Of a stretch of 64,000 bases of DNA, positions 1 through 8,871 are shown piece after piece. Positions within the stretch are counted from its first letter, which is position 1. Each line of letters opens with the position of its first letter. This DNA comes from Chloroflexi bacterium RBG_13_51_36 (GTDB lineage Bacteria; Chloroflexota; Dehalococcoidia; GIF9; AB-539-J10), in the NCBI GenBank assembly GCA_001796515.1, contig MGMS01000009.1:28054-92053 (forward strand), read 5' to 3'. The translations under genes were made by a program, and so were the position numbers. The notes beneath the pieces are model-generated. The model was not told the DNA's origin, did no database searches, and worked only from the letters and a program-made list of their open reading frames with translations.

Positions 1-104
1 TTCCTTTTCTCACACTAGGCAACGCCAATTTGCTTCGACTTTGAAACGTCAAGCGTGTGACCTGGCTGCAATTCTTGACATTTCTTCAAGCTGTTAGAAG
101 GTGA

Positions 105-133
105 TTGACATAATTGCTGAGTCATGCTAATAT
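105..133 (+). promoter_or_regulatory. Sigma70-type promoter upstream of the wHTH gene
   Basis: TTGACA (105-110), 17 bp spacer, TGc-TAATAT (128-133). Confidence 0.5.
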
Positions 134-216
134 ATGAACAGTAATATGCGTATCACATTTCATAATTATATATTGGTGCTTGGGTGATGTCAATGCATCA
201 ACGTCAGGAGGACTGA

Positions 217-507
217 TTGGAGAAAGGGTGGTGGGCTTTTCTCTCTAACCACGGGCGGGTGTTCGTATATATTACCAAACACCCGAAAAGCACGACGGAG
301 GTAATATCTCGGGAAGTAGGGCTTACCCAGAGGGGTGTCCAGAAAATAATCGGCGAACTTGAGGCGGGCGGGTATGTTACCCGGCGCAGGGAAGGCAGAT
401 GTAATGTCTATGCGGTCCGTCCCGAATTGCCGATGCGTCACAAGCTAGAGCGAGACCATGCCGTTGGAGACCTGCTGGTCGCGCTGGGATGCGAGCCCGA
501 GAAGTAG
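217..507 (+). CDS. Winged helix-turn-helix (MarR/AsnC-like) transcriptional regulator
   Basis: W.FLSNH.RV N-terminus, HTH 'EVISREVGLTQRGVQKIIGELEAGGYV', wing 'RRREGRCNVY'; AGGAGG RBS before a TTG start. Confidence 0.75.
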   Translation: MEKGWWAFLSNHGRVFVYITKHPKSTTEVISREVGLTQRGVQKIIGELEAGGYVTRRREGRCNVYAVRPELPMRHKLERDHAVGDLLVALGCEPEK

Positions 508-530
508 TGCTCCACTTAACATAGCCCGTT

Positions 531-572
531 CTACACAGGAGGTCAGAGGTTCAAATTCTCTACCGCCCACCA
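531..572 (+). pseudogene. 3' half of a tRNA (probably tRNA-Val); att-like remnant
   Basis: T-arm AGAGG-TTCAAAT-TCTCT followed by acceptor strand ACCGCCC-A-CCA; no 5' half upstream. Confidence 0.65.
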
Positions 573-684
573 TAGGTAGTTAGATTGCCTCGCAAGGTAT
601 GGTGGTGTTGTGTATAGGATCCTTTAGCCGCTGCTGGCTTTGAAGAACAGGATGCTATTCGAGAGGCATTGAGACTACTTCTGT

Positions 685-1074
685 CTAATGATGCTCTTCT
701 GCTTCAGCCTTGTCGGCCTCAGCCTTCGTCTTGTGCACAGTCTTGTCAGGATGGTTGGGAGGAGAATAGATTGTGTATAGCTTCACCTTAGCGGTCTTTG
801 AAGCGTTTGTTACACTATGGTACGTGCCCGCTGGCACTATGACGGCATCGCCATCTTTCACCACGTGTTTTTCCTTTCCTGCCAAAACAAATGTTGCCTC
901 ACCCTGCTCGATGCGGAAGAACTGGTCCACGTTTTTATGCACCTCGTTGCCAATTTCCTCCCCCGGTTTTAGGGTCATCACGACGAGCTGAGCGTGTTTT
1001 CCGGTAAACAATACTTTTCTGAAATACTCATTGTCCAGAGTCTGTTTCTCAATTGCGCCTACGTATCCTGCCAT
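685..1074 (-). CDS. Cupin domain protein
   Basis: Cupin motifs 'GEEIGNEVH...DQFFRIEQG' and 'GDAVIVPAGTYHSV'; GGAG RBS. Confidence 0.85.
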   Translation of the reverse strand: MAGYVGAIEKQTLDNEYFRKVLFTGKHAQLVVMTLKPGEEIGNEVHKNVDQFFRIEQGEATFVLAGKEKHVVKDGDAVIVPAGTYHSVTNASKTAKVKLYTIYSPPNHPDKTVHKTKAEADKAEAEEHH

Positions 1075-1213
1075 CTTTGCGTTCTCCTCCTTTCCTTTGC
1101 TTCATATTATATAAGGCCGATAGGTCCCGGACAACTCGAAGCAACCCCAAAGGCACCTGACGCTCTCCGATTCCAGTAACTTGACTGGTTCGGCGCACCG
1201 GATGTTTTTTTGC

Positions 1214-1753
1214 CTAATCCATATGTTCGAATGTTTTTTGCGGAGGCACAGGTTCTTTCCCTGACAACACCATACCAAAGTGCTCCAGCTTCTGCTGTGT
1301 TCTGGGGTCCACATCGTGCCAGCGGGCCAGGAATTCCTCTTCCGTCAGCCATGTTCTGTGAAAAGATGACGGGTCTTCAAAAACAACAATATTGCCGGAG
1401 TGAGCAATAACAATCACGTAGTGGCCATCGTCGTTGTCCGACTTCCAATCTTCAAGGGTCATGTATCTTTCTGCCCACGCCTGCACCAGTACAATCACCG
1501 GACGGTTTCCATCCACCAAGCGTTTCACTTGATCCAGAGAAAACCCACATTGCGCGACGACCTTGAACCCTTGTGCTTCGGCCACAGATATCATATTTCG
1601 CACAGGGATTCCGTCAGCGTCGCATCTCAGTTCTTCTATCAGTTCGCCTTCCGGGATATCTATGCCGTAATAAGCCATGACAATCTGCAAGGCTTTCGCC
1701 CCACAGTCAAAATCAAATGTCTGTCTACCGGTCGGCAGTTCAATCATTGCCAT
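1214..1753 (-). CDS. Stand-alone C39-like cysteine peptidase
   Basis: Q...DCG (catalytic Cys), GHYVIV (His) and EDP (Asp) in C39 order. Confidence 0.75.
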   Translation of the reverse strand: MAMIELPTGRQTFDFDCGAKALQIVMAYYGIDIPEGELIEELRCDADGIPVRNMISVAEAQGFKVVAQCGFSLDQVKRLVDGNRPVIVLVQAWAERYMTLEDWKSDNDDGHYVIVIAHSGNIVVFEDPSSFHRTWLTEEEFLARWHDVDPRTQQKLEHFGMVLSGKEPVPPQKTFEHMD

Positions 1754-1998
1754 GGGCTCCGGCTGTGTACATATCGGCTGGAAGTCAGATAGCCTCGTTC
1801 ACAGAGCATTATGTCTTCAATTCCCGAACCTATCTTTGCGTATTATACATCCCAATAGGCGTTGTCGTCTCATCGAGGCGATGCAATAGACTGCTGCAGC
1901 GCCAGAATCAACCTCTTCTCGAACAAGAGTTTCGAAACGATTCGCCCAGGGCTTTGATTGATGACCGAACAATGTCGATGCTATATTCTGTCTAGGGA

Positions 1999-2439
1999 AT
2001 GCATGTGAACACTCGCCTGTTGAAGATAGGCATCCGTGTTTGGCTCGTTGACACCTTGATTGCCGCCTTCAACTTCTTCGTACTCATGAATCTTGTTTAC
2101 GAACCACGGTGGGGCCCTCTTGTAGCGCATCAAATCGGCATGTCTACCAGAATTGTCGTGACATTTGTCCTGGCATATTTCCTGCTCAGGTACGTCAAGC
2201 AGTACACTCGCAAAGGCTTGATTCTCATTGGATTGGTATGGTTGGGTCTCGAGGAAATATTCGAATGGGGAGGTAGCTTCATCCTCCGGCGATCGGTTGA
2301 AGAAATCCTGGTTGGCTGGAACATATTTGCGGGCTATATGTGGCCTTACGTAATGTTGGCGTATCTGCTGTCAAATCTGATTGTGGGTGTAACGCTACAC
2401 CCGGGCAAGAAGGAGGCGGTCCCAAAAGACATTCGATGA
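1999..2439 (+). CDS. Hypothetical membrane protein (about 4 TM helices)
   Basis: 146 aa ORF with four hydrophobic segments. Confidence 0.65.
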   Translation: MHVNTRLLKIGIRVWLVDTLIAAFNFFVLMNLVYEPRWGPLVAHQIGMSTRIVVTFVLAYFLLRYVKQYTRKGLILIGLVWLGLEEIFEWGGSFILRRSVEEILVGWNIFAGYMWPYVMLAYLLSNLIVGVTLHPGKKEAVPKDIR

Positions 2440-2549
2440 GATTGGAGACAGCCTCTTGTCGTACATTGGCTGGAGCCAGCTCACTCTCTGGGAATTCCGA
2501 GCCTTGGCGATAGCGTGCAGAATCCTCTCAAATACTACTGCTCTGGCTC

Positions 2550-3923
2550 TCACGATACCAGCCGGATATGAACGGGGGCACGTTCGAAATCGGCCGCAGC
2601 GAGCAAAGCTTGCGGATGGAGTCCGGCCATAGCTGCCACAAATCGGTCGGGTATTATATCTAGCCTGGTGTTGTAGAAGGTAGCAATGTTATTGAAGTAG
2701 TCGCGCGCCAGGGCAATGCGCTGTTCCGTATCTGCCAGTGCGTGCTGGAGTTGCAGGAAAGATTCACTGGCTTTCAGTTCGGGATAACGCTCAACTATTA
2801 CGGCGAGCATCGGTGCGATTCCTTTAGGATCAGGTCCCGGTTCACCTGGCGGCGTTGTCTCTATCTGCCCGCGTATTTCCGCCAACAGCCTCTGTGTTTC
2901 GCTTTCGTGGGTGCGATATCCTTCTATGGTTCCTACCAGATTGGGAATCAGGTCGTGCCGTCGCTTAAGTTGTACATCAACCTGTGACCTGCCCTGACCG
3001 ACCATGTTACGGAGGTTGATTAGGCTGTTGTACGTAGTCCAAACCCAACCGAGTAGCATTGCGGCAATAAACGCGCCGGTCGCAATTGCAGGCGGTTGCC
3101 ATATGATGCTTCCCGTTTCGAGCACACTATAACCTATTGCACCTGCGATGACCGCCCCCAACCCCGGAATTGACCATAGCCAGAACGACAATGCGTACCT
3201 TCGGCTAACTTGCTTCTCCGTCCGGGTTGAAATCAAAAACATGGGCGCGTCCTTATCATGTGCCACTTCAGCAGCAACGATGTCCTCTCTCTCACGCGCC
3301 TGTCCCACGATATAGAGCATGGAATGTAGGGGCACCGCGGTCTCCAGGAAATGCCGTCTGTGAGTAGAATCAGCTACCTCGCTCGGCGGCCCTTTGCCAA
3401 AATAGACAGAACTACCTCTGGAGCAAGTCTGGTCAAGTACCTTGACACCATGGATAGTGGCGCCTTCAGGAACGATACGGATGACACCGGAATCGTCCCT
3501 CAAATAGAATGGGATAGCCTGACCGCCGCCGGCCACTCTGGTCCAGCCGCTCTCCGTGCGGGTGCGCCTCTGGGTGTGACCTTCGGAATCGGTATATGTC
3601 TCGACGACAGTCCTTGACCAGTGTTCATCGACTTGCCAAACATATTGTACGCAGCGAGTCTCAGCCAGATAACTGGTCAGAGGGTTCTCGGTTTCCGCCG
3701 TGCCCTGAAGCTCGACAAAACCGATAAATACGCCCTGCGCTTTCGAAGTCGGCACGTCATCGGTGAGGCGCTTCCGACGCAAAGCAAAAAAGGCTCCAAC
3801 CAGACACCCGAGGGATGCCAAAGAGCCGGCGAGCACCGATAACAGGCTATATGTCATGTCTTGATTGTGCGACGCAGATGAGCCTTTTGTCAAAGTGGGT
3901 GAGGGAGCTGCTGCATCTTTCAT
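2550..3923 (-). CDS. GIDE-domain / LemA fusion membrane protein (start may be ATG 3857)
   Basis: N-terminal 'RLTDDVPTSK...VELQGTAE...PFYLRDDSGVIRI' is GIDE-like; C-terminal 'YNSLINLRN...VDVQLKRRHDLIPNLV...YPELKA...RIALARDYFN' is LemA. Confidence 0.75.
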   Translation of the reverse strand: MKDAAAPSPTLTKGSSASHNQDMTYSLLSVLAGSLASLGCLVGAFFALRRKRLTDDVPTSKAQGVFIGFVELQGTAETENPLTSYLAETRCVQYVWQVDEHWSRTVVETYTDSEGHTQRRTRTESGWTRVAGGGQAIPFYLRDDSGVIRIVPEGATIHGVKVLDQTCSRGSSVYFGKGPPSEVADSTHRRHFLETAVPLHSMLYIVGQAREREDIVAAEVAHDKDAPMFLISTRTEKQVSRRYALSFWLWSIPGLGAVIAGAIGYSVLETGSIIWQPPAIATGAFIAAMLLGWVWTTYNSLINLRNMVGQGRSQVDVQLKRRHDLIPNLVGTIEGYRTHESETQRLLAEIRGQIETTPPGEPGPDPKGIAPMLAVIVERYPELKASESFLQLQHALADTEQRIALARDYFNNIATFYNTRLDIIPDRFVAAMAGLHPQALLAAADFERAPVHIRLVS

Positions 3924-4042
3924 AGCGGCGGAACCACCGGCTTATTCTCAAACAAGCGTCAGAATCTGTGTCGCGTGACCCATGATTGGCAATTGGATTA
4001 CAGATTTTCTCTAGAGTTCATAGCCCCTGGATGAAGTGCCTC

Positions 4043-4097
4043 TTGACAAAACTGTGGCCGAGTGTATAATAATATCTAGATATATCTAGATATTATT
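4043..4097 (+). promoter_or_regulatory. Promoter with an overlapping 30-bp perfect palindrome (putative PadR operator)
   Basis: TTGACA 4043-4048, 16 bp spacer, TATAAT 4065-4070; palindrome AATAATATCTAGATATATCTAGATATTATT at 4068-4097. Confidence 0.75.
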
Positions 4098-4135
4098 TAC
4101 GCCATATTGGTTAATGAGGCAGAAAGGAGGTTTAA

Positions 4136-4648
4136 ATGTTCAGAGGCCGCATATTTCACGAAGAGCGATTCTTTCGCGGGTCACGGAGAGGGGCTTCATT
4201 TCATAGAGGTGACCTCAAATACGTAATACTAGACCTGTTGAAGGACAGACCAAGACACGGTTATGACATTATTCGGGAGCTTGAGGAACTTTCCTACGGT
4301 TTTTATAAGCCGAGCCCCGGAGTCATCTATCCTACCCTCCAGATGCTGGAAGAGATGGGATATGCCAGCTCCACTGAGCAGGAAGGCAAAAGGATTTACT
4401 CTATTACGGAAGAGGGGCGCAAGTTTCTGGAGAATCAAAGTAATATCGCCGACGACGTGCGACGGCACATGAAACATAAGTGGGGTTTCAAGAATATTGG
4501 CAGGATGGTCAGAGTGATGGCAGAATATCATGCGCTCGAAGATTTGCTTGGCAAGGGCTTTCGCAGACTGGATTCCGACAAAGCGGAGCTGATTTGCGGA
4601 ATTCTCTCTCGGGCTTATAATGAGATCGAGTCTGTGCTACAAGAATAA
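4136..4648 (+). CDS. PadR family transcriptional regulator
   Basis: 'ILDLLKDRPRHGYDII...PSPGVIYPTLQMLEEMG...KRIYSITEEG'; AGGAGG RBS. Confidence 0.9.
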   Translation: MFRGRIFHEERFFRGSRRGASFHRGDLKYVILDLLKDRPRHGYDIIRELEELSYGFYKPSPGVIYPTLQMLEEMGYASSTEQEGKRIYSITEEGRKFLENQSNIADDVRRHMKHKWGFKNIGRMVRVMAEYHALEDLLGKGFRRLDSDKAELICGILSRAYNEIESVLQE

Positions 4649-4665
4649 GACGAAGGAGGGCTAAA

Positions 4666-4866
4666 ATGGGTTACTTTAGAATATTGGCGGCGATACCCGG
4701 TTTCTTCCTGAGTTCGTTCTTCCTCATGCTTCTCTGGGGTCCTATTGCTGCCAGACTGGGTATCGGTGTGGATATTGACTATGTCACAGCCATGCTGATA
4801 AACATTACCCTCTGGATAGCGGTAGCTCCGCTGGCGGCGGTCGGCCGCAAAAAGATATGTGGTTGA
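4666..4866 (+). CDS. Small two-TM membrane protein, probably co-transcribed with the PadR gene
   Basis: AAGGAGG RBS, hydrophobic 66 aa ORF 17 bp after the PadR gene. Confidence 0.7.
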   Translation: MGYFRILAAIPGFFLSSFFLMLLWGPIAARLGIGVDIDYVTAMLINITLWIAVAPLAAVGRKKICG

Positions 4867-5048
4867 TTAGGACTGTGCCGTAAGCGCTTGGCTTGGCGGC
4901 GAGCGCGGCAAGCCTACATACACGAGGGCAGAGTTTTAACTCCTCTGCCGCCCGCCGCTCGCTGGGCCATGAAGTTTTCGCAGAAGCTGGCAACCGAGCC
5001 GCCGGAGAGGGCCATCTTCATAACGCCACTCTTGAAGGAAATGAGGTC

Positions 5049-5077
5049 TTGATAGGGAATTCGACAAAAGATATAAT
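5049..5077 (+). promoter_or_regulatory. Sigma70-type promoter of the GNAT gene
   Basis: TTGATA, 17 bp spacer, TATAAT. Confidence 0.55.
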
Positions 5078-5165
5078 GCCCCCATAGCATGATGGGTTAC
5101 CTGGTCACCTGCCCCAGGCGTGGAGGGATTGCTTCCCAGGTAACGGCAACGCTGGAGGTGTTTAA

Positions 5166-5624
5166 ATGGCAAGAGGGAAAAAAGCTGAAGTGAAGATTCG
5201 GCGCATGACACGTAACGACATTCATGAGGTCCTATTTCTCGATAGAATAATCACGGGCCAGAGGCGTGATGTCATAAAGTATGAAGACCTGGCTTCCGCT
5301 GACCCGGGGACACCGCCTGACTTGAGTTTTATAGCTGAGATTGACGGCAAGATGGTGGGTTTCTCAATCAACCGGTCGACATATCTGATGGTCCCGCTTA
5401 CTGAAGTGTGCATTATTCACGCTATACTTGTCCACCCGGACTATCGGGGGCTGGGCATCGGTGGCAAATTGGTTGAGGCGCTGCTGAAGCATTGCCAAAC
5501 CGAAGGTATTGGGACAGTTCGGGCTCTTATTCCGACAGGCAACAAAGAACTGCAAGACATCTTCAAGAGGCACGGTTTCAAGCGTAGCCGCATAACTAAT
5601 TTCGATAGGGCATTCGAGAGTTAG
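5166..5624 (+). CDS. GNAT family N-acetyltransferase
   Basis: Acetyl-CoA motif 'VHPDYRGLGIGGKLV'; GGAGGTG RBS. Confidence 0.85.
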   Translation: MARGKKAEVKIRRMTRNDIHEVLFLDRIITGQRRDVIKYEDLASADPGTPPDLSFIAEIDGKMVGFSINRSTYLMVPLTEVCIIHAILVHPDYRGLGIGGKLVEALLKHCQTEGIGTVRALIPTGNKELQDIFKRHGFKRSRITNFDRAFES

Positions 5625-5695
5625 ATGAGAAGCCTGCAGAACAGAGTTGCCCGGGAATGGTTGGGTCGGCGGGGATAGTCGAATACTCATCGGGA

Positions 5696-5953
5696 CTATC
5701 TGCCATATCTTAGCTTGGCATATAACATAGCCCATCCCAGGGCAAAGGTTATTGCGTTCCATATAATTAATGACGCCAGCCCCATTGAAATTCCGTAGGA
5801 CAGCCAGAAACCTATGCCCGCGATGAAGAATGCTGTGAACGGCAAGCTTATCTCATGGGCGCTCCTGAGCCTGAACAGACGCCACACCTGGGGGATGAAT
5901 CCCATTGTGGTCAAAGCTCCACCGACGAATCCGAGCAATTCCTTCCAGTCCAA
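5696..5953 (-). CDS. SemiSWEET / PQ-loop family transporter
   Basis: 'LTTMGFIPQVWR...AHEISL...WLSYG...IIWN'; start moved to TTG 5953, which follows AAAGGAGG. Confidence 0.85.
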   Translation of the reverse strand: MDWKELLGFVGGALTTMGFIPQVWRLFRLRSAHEISLPFTAFFIAGIGFWLSYGISMGLASLIIWNAITFALGWAMLYAKLRYGR

Positions 5954-6312
5954 GATGTGCCTCCTTTTCCGTATGTTGTGACAGCCTATCTGTCGCTTTC
6001 TCACACCGAAGCCCTGCCGCCAATTATACCATCGGAGCCAGGGGGAACACCGTCTGGACATGTTCAGGGGATGCGCCTGTGAGGAAAAGACGGTGAATGC
6101 CGCCAGCGCCGATGACGGTATCCGGGGGCAAGGGCCTGAACGTGCAAGAAGTGCAGAAGACTTGACATTGGGCGCTGTCAGGAAAGAGCCGACCTTGACA
6201 GAGCGACGCAGAAACTCACTCCTGAGATGTTGGGAAATAGCAGATTTCCCTCCCTCACTCTGGAACCTCAGGTCACTATTATCAAGGCCGTAATCCGTAA
6301 CAGACCGGTGGA

Positions 6313-6669
6313 TTAGTATCTGCGTCGTCCGCCGCCACCACCTCCTCCACCACCAAATCTACTACCTCCTCCTCCTCTACCTCCTCCGCCAAAACCACCA
6401 CCGCCAAAGGGCCTCCTGCCGCCTTCGGTGCGAGGGCGCGCCTCACTAACACTGAGCGTGCGCTCTTTCATCGATGTTCCGTTAAGGCCGTTAATGGCAG
6501 CCTGCGCCTCGGTTTTGGTTGCCATCTCAACAAAGCCAAAACCTCTAGATTCGCCGCTGTATCGGTCCTTGATGATGCTTACAGATGTGACCTGCCCGAA
6601 AGCCTCAAATGCCTTGCGTAGTTCGTCTTCGCTGACCTCGCGAGATAGATTACCCACATATATGTTCAC
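6313..6669 (-). CDS. RRM RNA-binding protein with Gly-rich tail
   Basis: RNP2 'IYVGNL', RNP1 'RGFGFVEM', Gly/Arg-rich C-terminus. Confidence 0.95.
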   Translation of the reverse strand: MNIYVGNLSREVSEDELRKAFEAFGQVTSVSIIKDRYSGESRGFGFVEMATKTEAQAAINGLNGTSMKERTLSVSEARPRTEGGRRPFGGGGFGGGGRGGGGSRFGGGGGGGGGRRRY

Positions 6670-6760
6670 ACTATTAACCCCCCTTTCGATTTTTATTGTC
6701 CTGGCCTGCGTGCAGGCAGCCCTTCCTGGGCATGCTGAAACCCACTGTTTCTAAACCTTC

Positions 6761-6786
6761 GGGGGCTGGCTTTGGTTCCAGCCCCC
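6761..6786. terminator. GC-rich hairpin between the zinc-ribbon and RRM genes (terminator or stabiliser)
   Basis: GGGGGCTGG-ctttggtt-CCAGCCCCC, 9-bp stem; no clear U-tract. Confidence 0.35.
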
Positions 6787-6807
6787 TATGAATCCAGCTA
6801 CGGCAGA

Positions 6808-7113
6808 TTACGTGCGAGTGCTTGGCTTAATCTTGGTGTAGCATTCGCTACAATACACTGGCCGGCCCTCTCGAGGCTCGAAGGGCACTTCACATTCCTT
6901 GCCACACTCAACACATACCGCGGCATGCATCTGGCGGCTGGTTCTGGGCCCTCTGGCGTTGTTGTACTGAGACCTCTTTGCCTCACGGCAAGCAGGGCAA
7001 CGCTTGGGCTCATTAGTGTATCCCCTACCAGCATAGAACTCCTGTTCCTCGGCGGTGAAGGTGAATTTGGCACCACAGTCAGAACATTGCAGCGTTTTGT
7101 CCGCAAATCCCAT
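6808..7113 (-). CDS. Zinc-ribbon / CxxC-x17-CxxC domain protein
   Basis: 'CSDCG.KFTFTAEEQEFY...NEPKRCPACR' and 'CVECGKECEVPFEP..GRPVYCSEC'; AAAGGAGG RBS. Confidence 0.9.
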   Translation of the reverse strand: MGFADKTLQCSDCGAKFTFTAEEQEFYAGRGYTNEPKRCPACREAKRSQYNNARGPRTSRQMHAAVCVECGKECEVPFEPREGRPVYCSECYTKIKPSTRT

Positions 7114-7310
7114 TGGATGACCTCCTTTCTTTCAAAAATACTTGGCTCGAGTCTCGGTCATCCAACGTTCGCGAATGGGCCCGGAAGAGCTCTCACAGAG
7201 ACGTGGCAACCTACACTGATAATCACTGTCTAAGTATAATAAGGCACCTGAAAAATTGCAACTAGTCGGGTGCAAAAGGGTCAAGGCCGGTAATGGCTAC
7301 ATGAGTAACG

Positions 7311-7460
7311 CTACTTTTTCAGGGCGGGGATGACGGCCATTACTCCCAACACGATAAGAGCGATCCCCAGGATCCATCTTATCAGCTCAGGGAGCGCTAT
7401 AATCAGTATTCCGACAATGATCGCAATTATCCCCATCCATAATCCGGTTATTCTAAGCAT
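7311..7460 (-). CDS. Small membrane protein (49 aa, DUF3096-like), not in the ORF track
   Basis: Hand translation MLRITGLWMGIIAIIVGILIIALPELIRWILGIALIVLGVMAVIPALKK; AAAGGAGG RBS upstream. Confidence 0.7.
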   Translation of the reverse strand: MLRITGLWMGIIAIIVGILIIALPELIRWILGIALIVLGVMAVIPALKK

Positions 7461-7685
7461 ATTAATCCTGTACCTCCTTTGTTCGCTTTGAGGCTATAGC
7501 CTTCATTACAATTCTAGGGACGAAATATCACGAAGTCAATAGCCCGTCTCACGTCCACCATGTGAGCCGAAGCTAGCCATTACTCAAATTGCTCAGGGGC
7601 ACGGGGAAATGCTGAGCAACTATTATGTTGACCCATAGCAGTCTTACAACTATAATGTCGTGATCAAAAACAGAGAGGTGACGCT

Positions 7686-8798
7686 ATGATCAAATCGAGA
7701 TTGTGTGACCGGCTGGGAATCAAATATCCCATTATACAGGCAGGGATGGGCCCCTTCAGCAACAACAACCTCTGTGTGGCTACAGCCAACGCAGGTGTTC
7801 TTGGGTTGCTTTCCACCAGCGGCGTTTTCAACAGAGATGATCAGCCGTGGATTTACCGCGACTTCGTCAGGACGGGAGAAGCCGACCCCGAAGACGACAT
7901 GGCTACGGTATTGGAAAAAGTACTGAGACGGACATACAGGCTGGTGAAGGACAAGGGTGGTATTTTCGGAACCAATGTGATGGTTTCGACCGAAGTTCTC
8001 CCGGCTGCACAAATCATGATTGACACAGCCATCAGGGTCCGTGAGGAGACCCCTGATATGAAGAAGCATTTCAAGGTGATGTATACATCCGCCGGTGACC
8101 CTCTTGGCTGGGGTGAAAAAATAAAGGGAGCGGGATTTACCTGGATACATATTGTCCCATCTGTTAGGGCAGCTTTGCGCTGCAAGAAAGCTGGCGTCGA
8201 CGTAATAGTTGCGTCCGGCCACGAAGGCGGTTTTCATACATCATGGGAGCCGGTACATTCAATGATTTTGCTTCCAGCCGTAGTGGAGGCGGTATCAGAT
8301 AACGAGGCATTGGTTGTCGGTGCCGGTGGGTTCTGCGATGGCAAGACACTGGCGGCTGCGCTGGTCATGGGGGCGGATGGTGTCCTGATGGGGACGCGCT
8401 TTCTGGCGACACAGGAGAGTGATTTCCATCAGATTTGGAAACAGGCAGTGGTGGATGCAGGCGATAGGGCAACCCTTGTGGCGCGTGGCTTTGTCGGGCC
8501 TGCCCGCTGGCTGAAAACACCCCGCAGCCAGGAACACGCCAGGAACACTCTTCAGAAATCTCCCGGCGTTTTTCTGGGTACGCCCGATGATTACACAACG
8601 ATTGACATGTCTTTGATTGAGTATGAAATCGAATCAATGAAAGCCACCTTCGAAGGAAATAAGGAAAAGGCACTCATGGCTGCGGGTGAGGTGGCTCAGC
8701 GAATCAAAGATATGCCCAGGGTCGACGATTTGGTGCAGCAAATTGTCAGGGAAGCAGAAACTGTCCTCAGGGAAGTCCCAAAAAAGCTTCTGGGGTAA
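7686..8798 (+). CDS. Nitronate monooxygenase / FabK-like flavin oxidoreductase
   Basis: 'LGIKYPIIQAGMG', 'GHEGGFH', 'GAGGFCDG...MGADGVLMGTRF'. Confidence 0.85.
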   Translation: MIKSRLCDRLGIKYPIIQAGMGPFSNNNLCVATANAGVLGLLSTSGVFNRDDQPWIYRDFVRTGEADPEDDMATVLEKVLRRTYRLVKDKGGIFGTNVMVSTEVLPAAQIMIDTAIRVREETPDMKKHFKVMYTSAGDPLGWGEKIKGAGFTWIHIVPSVRAALRCKKAGVDVIVASGHEGGFHTSWEPVHSMILLPAVVEAVSDNEALVVGAGGFCDGKTLAAALVMGADGVLMGTRFLATQESDFHQIWKQAVVDAGDRATLVARGFVGPARWLKTPRSQEHARNTLQKSPGVFLGTPDDYTTIDMSLIEYEIESMKATFEGNKEKALMAAGEVAQRIKDMPRVDDLVQQIVREAETVLREVPKKLLG

Positions 8799-8871
8799 TG
8801 TCTGAGCCGAACCGATGGGAAAGGCAGTTCTCTCAGTTTGCCCGGGGGCTAGTGCTACTTCTCGAGCTTGT

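Noticed and set aside
6320-6410. CCA/CCT/CCG triplet-rich repeat
   Set aside because: Encodes the Gly-rich tail of the RRM protein
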